Below, in pieces: positions 29,730 through 38,774 of a DNA stretch of 38,774 nt. The position numbers and the translations under genes were made by a program. Within the stretch, counting starts at the first letter, position 1; each line of letters opens with the position of its first letter. The stretch is taken from contig JAUCBJ010001868.1 in the NCBI GenBank assembly GCA_032718475.1, forward strand, positions 1 through 38,774, written 5' to 3'. A model generated the notes under the pieces. The model worked only from the letters and a program-made list of their open reading frames with translations. It did not search any database and was not told the origin of the DNA. The stretch comes from Nemertoderma westbladi (Eukaryota > Animalia > Xenacoelomorpha).

Positions 29730-32643
29730 TCCACGAAGCTAAGGAAAATCAACTACTTTCGCTAAGAAAGATTTTCCTTAGCTGAGATGGTCTATTCATA
29801 GTGGGCTATTTTACTTGTGTGAGGCAGATTTGGTTTTTTTTGATTCCGGAAAAAACTAGCCTTTAAAAGTACCCTGAAATTTTGCATGTATATACTACTC
29901 GGCGAGGCGCATCTTTTAGGCCGGGTCTCATATCCAGGAAAAATCTGGTTTCCATGGCAACGGACTTAGAAAAAAGTCTATGTATTTCAAGTCAATATTT
30001 ATAACTCTATTTGTAGGAAAACTATAATAGATATAAACTTGGGGTTTCTCAACTCAACTATAAGTTCCATAGCAGAGCCGATTGAGGTTAAATAGAAAAT
30101 CCAGTTACCTTGGCAACCGGGCTAAACAGATGTTAAAATTTATAAAATGTTAATTTGAAGCCTAAGGTTAAGGTGTTGTGACTTGGGACCAACCCCTACC
30201 CCACTATATAACTTATTCTGCGTCCAAATTTCATTGTTCTATTTTGTAGTCAAAGGTAATTTTTTGTAAAAATTTGTAAGTCAAAGGCTAACCAAAGGTC
30301 TACTTACTGATTACGAGTGTGCTGAGGCTGATAATATTACTAGCTGGTGTTATAATGATAGCAAAATGTGTAAAATACTGTATGGGACAAAATTGCTGTA
30401 TACATCCTATACTAGTATTATACATACTATGCTAGTACACAATAAAGGGTCATTTTTTATAGGAGGCTGGTTTCTCATTTGTTTTATATATATATATTTC
30501 GCCAGTCAGGTTGTTGAACTGATTATTCTGATATTCTGTTATTGAACTGATTCTTATTATAATGGGAATAATCTATAGTCGCGGAGGGAAAAAACAAACG
30601 CAACAAATAATACAGACCACTCAACAAGAAGGACAGAAAGAAAAAGAATTATTTACAAAACAGCCTGAAACAGACATTGTCCACGAAGCTAAGGAAAATA
30701 ATTTAAATCTAGAAGAATCAAAGAGTCAAATAGAGAATCAAATAAAACGAATGAGGAGGGAAGAGCACGACAAGTGGATGCTGGCGATATTGAAGAGCGG
30801 GAGGAGGCCGGAGGGTAGTGAGGGGATATGCAAGGGAGAGGAGCAAAGAATTAATAGTTCAAAGGATAACAATGGGGGTGGGAGAAGCGTGGAAGGGTGG
30901 AGAAGGGGGAAGGGTGTGGAAGAAAGGGGGAGGGGGGAAAGGAGCGGGGGAGAGGTGAGAAGAGATAGAAGTAGAGGGGAGAGGAGGATGGGAGAAAGGA
31001 GTGGGGGAGAGGTGAGAAGGGAAAGAAGTACAGGGGAGAGGAGGATGGGAGAAAGGAGTGGGGGAGAGGTGAGAAGGGAAAGAAGTACAGGGGAGAGGAG
31101 GATGGGAGAAAGGAGTGGGGGAGAGGTGAGAAGGGAAAGAAGTACAGGGGAGAGGAGGATGGGAGAAGGAGTGGGGGGGAGGTGAGAAGGGAAAGAAGTA
31201 CAGGGGAGAGGAGGATGGGAGAAAGGAGTGGGGGAGAGGTGAGAAGGGAAAGAAGTACAGGGGAGAGGAGGATGGGAGAAAGGAGTGGGGGAGAGGTGAG
31301 AAGGGAAAGAAGTACAGGGGAGATGAGGATGGGAGAAAGGAGTGGGGGGGAGGTGAGAAGGGAAAGAAGTACAGGGGAGAGGAGGATGGGAGAAAGGAGT
31401 GGGGGGGAGGTGAGAAGGGAAAGAAGTACAGGGGAGAGGAGGATGGGAGAAAGGAGTGGGGGAGAGGTGAGAAGGGAAAGAAGTACAGGGGAGATGAGGA
31501 TGGGAGAAAGGAGTGGGGGGGAGGTGAGAAGGGAAAGAAGTACAGGGGAGAGGAGGATGGGAGAAAGGAGTGGGGGAGAGGTGAGAAGGGAAAGAAGTAC
31601 AGGGGAGAGGAGGATGGGAGGAAGGAGTGGGGGGGAGGTGAGAAGGGAAAGAAGTACAGGGGAGATGAGGATGGGAGAAAGGAGTGGGGGGGAGGTGAGA
31701 AGGGAAAGAAGATCAGGGGATAAGAGTGGGGGAGAGAGGCGTGGAAGGGAGATGAATGGGGGGGGGGTAGAAGGGAAAGGAGCGGGGTAGAGGCAAGAGG
31801 GGAAGGGAGCAGAGGGGAGATGGGGGGTTTGAGGGGAGAACTGAGAGGTGTGGGGGAGAGGGAAGAAGGGGGAAGGGAGAGGCGTGGGGAGGCGTGGGCT
31901 ATTTACAGTGAGTAACAACGGTTTGGTTATACCACCACTATTGTTTGTTAAAGAAAGATACATCCGTCCGATACATACATCCGATATCAACTTTATCATT
32001 ACCTTCGTTTTGTACATATATAATTAATAACTATTATTGTTTATATGTATTAACATCCATAGATTGTATAAATTATTTATCCTGCTTAAATTACTTAATT
32101 ATAAATCAATATTTTAATACTACTCTAACTATAATTACGCGTTCTACCCATAGTCGTTTTATTTATAAATTTACTTTGAATTTTATTTAATTTGGTTTGT
32201 GTTTAATTTAATTTAATGTATAATATACAGATGTTAAAATTTATAAAATGATAATTTGAAGCACAAGTTAATAGTATTATGACTTGGGACCAACCCCTAC
32301 CCCCACTATATGACTTATTCTGCATCCGAATTACATTGTTCTATTTTTCAGTTTCCATGACAACCACTGCAAACAGATGCATTTTGATAGAAAATCGGTA
32401 ATTTGGGCATAAACTACAATAATTTCTGAAACTCGGTATATGTGTCATCTGAACCACAATCTGGACTGAATCTTTTTTCAAAGGTAAAACCAACAGTTCC
32501 AGAGAATTCTAGTTTCCATGGGAATATAAGTTATTTATTGGCAAATGCTACTAAACTAGGCTAAGCAACAAACCAAATTGGGGCCCTTTGTTTAATTTTC
32601 CTTAGCTTCGTGGTTGCATTTCCTTTAGGAAATGCCTTTCAAG
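29730..32643 (+). mobile_element. Same element, copy C: 5' part (29730-30250) and 3' part (32228-32643) separated by ~2 kb of unrelated DNA
   Basis: Homology stops near 30250 and resumes near 32228, with some element sequence missing; an orphan 5' terminus lies at 30680. Confidence 0.7.
30934..31715 (+). repeat. 57-bp polypurine minisatellite, about 13-14 copies
   Basis: Unit GGAGAAAGGAGTGGGGGAGAGGTGAGAAGGGAAAGAAGTACAGGGGAGAGGAGGATG at 30991, 31048 and onward; G/A-rich flanks extend to about 31900. Confidence 0.95.
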
Positions 32644-32700
32644 TTAGACTAAATTTGCAATTTTGTCCGTTACTTTAATTATGTTCCAGAATTTACTTTG

Positions 32701-35234
32701 TCCACGAAGCTAAGGAAAATCAACTACTTTCGCTAAGAAAGATTTTCCTTAGCTGAGATGGTGTATTCATAGTGGGCCCTTTTACTTGTATGGAGCAGAT
32801 TTAGTCCTTTTTTATTCCGGAAAAAACTAGCCTTTAAAAGTACCCTGAAATTTTGCATGTATGTACTACTCGTCGAGGCGCATCGTGTGGGATGGGTCTC
32901 ATATCCAGGAAAAATCTGGTTTCCATGGCAACGGACATAGAAAAAAGTCTATGTATTTCAAGTCAATATTTATAACTATATTTGTAGGAAAACTATAATA
33001 GATATAAACTTGGGGTTTCTCAACTCAACTATAAAGTCCATAGCAGAGCCGATTGAGGTTAAATAGAAAATCCAGTTACCTTGGCAACCGGGCTAAACAG
33101 ATGTTAAAATTTATAAAATGTTAATTTGAAGCCTAAGGTTAAGATGTTATGACTTGGGAACAACCCCTACCCCCACTATATAACTTATTCTGCGTCCGAA
33201 TTTCATTGTTCTATTTTTCAGTTACCATGACAACCGCTGAAAACAGATGTTTTTATACAAAAATTATTCATTTGGACATAGACTTCGCGATAAAATTTTA
33301 CAAAACTGGGTATGTGTTATCTGGACCACTAGTTAGAACTTTTAGTGAAACTTAAATTATTCCAGAAATTTAGTTACCATGGTAACTGTAGTTTATTAAA
33401 CTCTATATCATTCAAGTCTATATTGATAACTCTATTTGAAGAAAAACTGTAATATATATAAACTTGGGGTTTTGCAACTCATATATAAGATCCATATCCA
33501 AGCCGTTTGAGGTTAATTAGAAAATACAGTTACCATAGCAACAAGTCTAAACAGATGTTAAAATTTATAAAATGATAATTTGAAGCACAAGTTAATAGTA
33601 TTATGACTTGGGACTAACCCCTACCCCCACTATATGACTTATTCTGCATCCGAAATACATTGTTCTATTTTTCAGTTTCCATGACAAGCACTGCAAACAG
33701 ATGCATTTTGATAGAACATCGGTCCACGAAGCTAAGGAAAATCAACTACTTTCGCTAAGAAAGATTTTCCTTAGCTGAGATGGTCTATTCATAGTGGGCT
33801 ATTTTACTTGTATGGGGCAGATTTGGTTTTTTTTGGTCGGGGAAAAAACTAGCCTTTAAAATTACCCTGAAATTTTGCATGTATATACAACTCATCAAGG
33901 CGCGTCGTGTGGGATGGGTCTCATCTCCAGGAAAAATCTGGTTTCCATGGCAACGGACTTAGAAAAAAGTCTATGTATTTCAAGTCAATATTTGTAACTC
34001 TATTTGTAGGAAAACTATAATACATATAAACTTGGGGTTTCTCAACACAACTATAAGGTCCATAGCAGAGCCGATTGAGGTTAAATAGAAAATCCAGTTA
34101 CCTTGGCAACCGGGCTAAACAGATGTTAAAATTTTTAAAATGTTAATTTGAAGCCTAAGGTTAAGGTGTGATGACTTGGGACCAATCCCTACCCCCACTA
34201 TATAACTTATTCTGCGTCCGAATTTGATTGTTCTATTTTGCAGTTACCTTGACAACCGCTGAAAACAGATGTTTTTATACGAAAATTATTCATTTGTACA
34301 TAGACTTCACGATAAAATTTTACGAAACTAGGTATGTGTTATCTGGACCACTAGTTGGAACTTTTAGTGAAACTCAAAACATTCCAGAAATATCTAGTTA
34401 CCATGGTAACTGTAGTTTTTTTAAAGTTATATATCATTCAAGTCTATAATCATAACTCTATTTGGAGAAAAACTGTAATATATATAAACTTGGGGTTTTG
34501 CAACTCATCTATAAGGTCCATATACAAGCCGTTCGAAGTTAATTAGAAAATCCATTTACCATAGCAACAAGAGTAAACAGATGTTAAAATTAATAAAATG
34601 ATAATTTGAAGCACAATTTAATAGTATTATGACTTGGGACCAACACCTACCCCCACTATATGACTTATTCTGCATCCGAATTACATTGTTCTATTTTTCA
34701 GTTTCCATGACAACCACTGCAAACAGATGCATTTTGATAGAAAATCTGTAATTTGGACATAAACTACAATATTTTCTGAAACTCGATGTGTTATCTGAAA
34801 AACAATCTGGACTGAATCTTTTTTCAAAGGTAAAACCAACAGTTCCAGAGAACTCTAGTTTCCATGGGAATAGAAGTTATTTATTGGCAAATGCTACTAA
34901 ACTAGGCTAAGCAACGAACCAAATTGTGGCCGTTTGTTTAATTTTCCTTAGCTTCGTGGTTGCATTTCCTTTAGGAAATGCCTTTCTAGTAATTTGGACA
35001 TAAACTACAATATTTACTGAAAATCAGTATATGTGTTATCTGAACCACAATCTGTACTGAATTTTTTTTCAAAGGTTAAAGCAACAGTTCCAGAGAACTC
35101 TAGTTTCCATGGGAATATAATTTAATTATTGACAATTGCTACTAAACGAGGCTAAGCAACAAACCAAAGTGTGGCCGTTTGTTTAATTTTCCTTAGCTTC
35201 GTGGTTGCATTTCCTTTAGGAAATGCCTTTCTCG
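32701..35234 (+). mobile_element. Same element, copy D (32701-33722 plus 34990-35234, CTCG end), split by nested copy E
   Basis: Joining ...ATCGG (33722) to TAATTTGGACATAAAC (34990) restores the sequence seen in intact copies. Confidence 0.82.
33723..34989 (+). mobile_element. Same element, copy E (full, CTAG end), nested in copy D
   Basis: TCCACG...TTTCTAG inserted at G|T with no target duplication. Confidence 0.85.
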
Positions 35235-35246
35235 TAATTTTAAATA

Positions 35247-36513
35247 TCCACGAAGCTAAGGAAAATCAACTACTTTCGCTAAGAAAGATTTTCCTTAGCT
35301 GAGATGGTCTATTCATAGTGGGCTATTTTACTTGTATGGGGCAGATTTGGGGTTTTTTGGTCGGGGAAAAAACTAGCCTTTAAAAGTACCCTGAAATTTT
35401 GCATGTATATACTACTCGTCGAGGCGCATCGTGTGGGATGGGTCTCATATCCAGGAAAAATCTGGTTTCCATGGCAACGGACTTAGAAAAAAGTCTATGT
35501 ATTTCAAGTCAATATTTGTAACTCTATTTGTAGGAAAACTATAATACATATAAACTTGGGGTTTCTCAACACAACTATAAGGTCCATAGCAGAGCCGATT
35601 GAGGTTAAATAGAAAATCCAGTTACCTTGGCAACCGGGCTAAACAGATGTTAAAATTTTTAAAATGTTAATTTGAAGCCTAAGGTTAAGGTGTGATGACT
35701 TGGCACCAATCCCTACCCCCACTATATAACTTATTCTGCGTCCGAATTTGATTGTTCTATTTTGCAGTTACCTTGACAACCGCTGAAAACAGATGTTTTT
35801 ATACGAAAATTATTCATTTGTACATAGACTTCACGATAAAATTTTACGAAACTAGGTATGTGTTATCTGGACCACTAGTTGGAACTTTTAGTGAAACTCA
35901 AAACATTCCAGAAATATCTAGTTACCATGGTAACTGTAGTTTTTTTAAAGTTATATATCATTCAAGTCTATAATCATAACTCTATTTGGAGAAAAACTGT
36001 AATATATATAAACTTGGGGTTTTGCAACTCATCTATAAGGTCCATATACAAGCCGTTCGAAGTTATTTAGAAAATCCATTTACCATAGCAACAAGAGTAA
36101 ACAGATGTTAAAATTAATAAAATGATAATTTGAAGCACAATTTAATAGTATTATGACTTGGGACCAACACCTACCCCCACTATATGACTTATTCTGCATC
36201 CGAATTACATTGTTCTATTTTTCAGTTTCCATGACAACCACTGCAAACAGATGCATTTTGATAGAAAATCTGTAATTTGGACATAAACTACAATATTTTC
36301 TGAAACTCGATGTGTTATCTGAAAAACAATCTGGACTGAATCTTTTTTCAAAGGTAAAACCAACAGTTCCAGAGAACTCTAGTTTCCATGGGAATAGAAG
36401 TTATTTATTGGCAAATGCTACTAAACTAGGCTAAGCAACGAACCAAATTGTGGCCGTTTGTTTAATTTTCCTTAGCTTCGTGGTTGCATTTCCTTTAGGA
36501 AATGCCTTTCTAG
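35247..36513 (+). mobile_element. Same element, copy F (full, CTAG end)
   Basis: Nearly identical to copy E over most of its length. Confidence 0.82.
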
Positions 36514-36614
36514 TAATTGTATATCAACTATTTGGGGAGGCTTCCAAGTTAAACCCGAAAACAATTATTTTGTTACATAGTAAATAACGTTGTATGTTCT
36601 TCTTCCTCTCATAA

Positions 36615-37880
36615 TCCACGAAGCTAAGGAAAATCAACTACTTTCGCTAAGAAAGATTTTCCTTAGCTGAGATGGTCTATTCATAGTGGGCTATTTTACT
36701 TGTATGGAGCAGATTTGGGGTTTTTTGACCGGTGAAAAAACTAGCCTTTAAAAGTACCCTGAAATTTTGCATGTATATACTACTCGACAAGGCGCATCTT
36801 TTGGGCCGGGTCTCATATCCAGGAAAAATCTGGTTTCCATGGCAACGGACTTCAAAAAAAGTCTATGTATTTCAAGTCAATATTTATAACTCTATTTGTA
36901 GGAAAACTATAATAGATATAAACTTGGGGTTTCGCAACACAACTATAAGGTCCATAGCAGATCCGATTGAGGCTAAATAGAAAATCCAGTTACCTTGGCA
37001 ACCGGGATAAACAGATGTTAAAATTTATAAAATGTTAATTTGAGGCCTAAGGGCAAGGTGTTATGACTTGGGACCAACCCCTACCCCCACTATATAACTT
37101 ATTCTGCATCTGAATTACATTGTTCTATTTTTCAATTACCATGACAACCGCTGAAAACAGATGTTTTTATTCAAAACTTATTCATTTGGACATAGACTTC
37201 ACGATAAAATTTTACAAAACTGGGTATGTGTTATCTGGACCACTAGTTGGAACTTTTAATGAAACTTAAATTATTCCAGAAATTTAGTTACCATGGTAAC
37301 TGTAGTTTATTAAACTCTATATCATTCAAATCTATATTGATAACTCTATTTGTAGCAAAACTGTAATATATATAAACTTGGGGTTTTGCAACTCATCTAT
37401 AAGATCCATATCCAAGCCGTTTGAGGTTAATTAGAAAATACAGTTACCATAGCAACAAGTCTAAACAGATGTTAAAATATATAAAATGATAATTTGAAGC
37501 ACAAGTTAATAGTATTATGACTTGGGACTAACCCCTACCCCCACTATATGACTTATTCTGCATCCGAATTACATTGTTCTATTTTCCAGTTTCCATGACA
37601 ACCACTGCAAACAGATGCATTTTGATAGAAAATTGGTAATTGGGACATAAACTACAATATTTTCTGAAACTCAGTATATGTGTTATCTGAACCACAATCT
37701 CTACTGAACTTTTTTCAAAGGTTAAAGCAACAGTTCCAGAGAACTCTAGTTTCCATGAGAATAGAAGTTAATTATTGACAATTGCTACTTAATGAGGCTA
37801 AGCAACGAACCAAAGTGTGGCCGTTTGTTTAATTTTCCTTAGCTTCGTGGTTGCATTTCCTTTAGGAAATGCCTTTCTCG
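36615..37880 (+). mobile_element. Same element, copy G (full, CTCG end)
   Basis: Same termini; closest to copy A. Confidence 0.82.
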
Positions 37881-38165
37881 TAAAATATAAATGAAATATC
37901 TCAGATCGCTATGCCCTGTAACATTTCACAACCAAAATATTTAAGTGTGAAAAGTGTAGGCCTACCACACTCCGCCCAAACAACCGCAAACGCATAGCCA
38001 ACAAATTTAACAAAAGGTTACATACATGTTGGGTTCATGACGAGATGAGTGAAAATTGATCGCGTAATATAAAGTAAAAAATTAAGAGACGGGCTGGCTC
38101 TCCTCCACTTTCTTACCCAATGGATATGTTGTTGTAATAATCTAATATTGGGGCGGCTTTCTCTC

Positions 38166-38297
38166 GTTTCCATGGGAATATAATTTAATTATTGACAATT
38201 GCTACTAAACGAGGCTAAGCAACAAACCAAAGTGTGGCCGTTTGTTTAATTTTCCTTAGCTTCGTGGTTGCATTTCCTTTAGGAAATGCTTTTCTCG
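38166..38297 (+). mobile_element. Same element, isolated 3'-terminal fragment
   Basis: GTTTCCATGGGAAT, then the subterminal IR, the hairpin and TTTCTCG|T. Confidence 0.78.
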
Positions 38298-38569
38298 TAA
38301 AAAAAAATAGGTCGAAAATAGGTTCAAAAACTAAGGGAGTCCATTGGGTTTATGGTGGTCCCAACTTGGAACTCATTCCTTATGGACAATATGATACTGT
38401 AGTTAAAAGCCGCTTTCAGCCATGATGGTATCCACTTATCAAAGACTGGTTAGGGTATTCTATCTCGAGCAATTTCCAAAACGTTCTACACACCGACTTC
38501 CTAAACTTTCAAAGTGGTAGGTGATTGAAATACGCCATTGGCACCAAATCAGTTGATGGCAAACCGAAA

Positions 38570-38774
38570 TCCACGAAGCTAAGGAAAATCAACTACTTTC
38601 GCTAAGAAAGATTTTCCTTAGCTGAGATGGTGTATTCATAGTGGGCTATTTTACTTGTATGGAGCAGATTTGTTTTTTTTTGATTCCGGAAAAAACTAGC
38701 CTTTAAAAGAACCCTGAAATTTTGCATGTATGTACTACACGTCGAGGCGCATCTTTTGGGCTGGATCTCATATC
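38570..38774 (+). mobile_element. Same element, copy H (5' end; runs off the window)
   Basis: TCCACGAAGCTAAGGAAAATCAAC... continuing to the window end. Confidence 0.8.

Noticed and set aside
30562-32017. Long R/G/E-rich and L/S/P-rich ORFs
   Set aside because: Artefacts of a stop-free 57-bp purine repeat whose length is a multiple of 3.
27110-36980. Recurrent short ORFs (MTWDQPLPPLYNLFC and similar)
   Set aside because: They recur only because the element is repeated; stops vary among copies and there are no transposase motifs.

Overview
Eukaryotic, probably invertebrate-animal, genomic DNA that is mostly mobile-element derived. (1) 0.9-4.6 kb: the first coding exon of IFT140 (+) faces two exons of an ARHGAP17/44-like BAR-RhoGAP gene (-); neither gene is completed in the window. 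(2) 5-14 kb: minisatellites and a stack of decayed LINEs (L2-, CR1- and RTE-like). (3) About 14.3-23.5 kb: an AT-rich, partly decayed endogenous Polinton/Maverick (adintovirus-like) element. Gene order is orphan ORF, RING protein, packaging ATPase, pX-like protein, rve integrase, two tandem penton paralogs, PW-like core protein, major capsid protein, adenain-like protease and a DEDD-like nuclease. No pPolB or TIRs are visible, and the block lies between the endonuclease and RT parts of an RTE-like LINE. (4) 26.6-38.8 kb: eight copies (some interrupted or cut by the window end) plus fragments of a ~1.27-kb non-autonomous Helitron/Helentron-like element, all in one orientation. It has 5'-TC and CTAG/CTCG-3' ends, a subterminal inverted repeat and a 3' hairpin, and one nested insertion shows no TSD. 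Each full copy carries RFX X-box-like palindromes about every 150 bp. Family assignments come from recognising motifs by eye; no database search was run.
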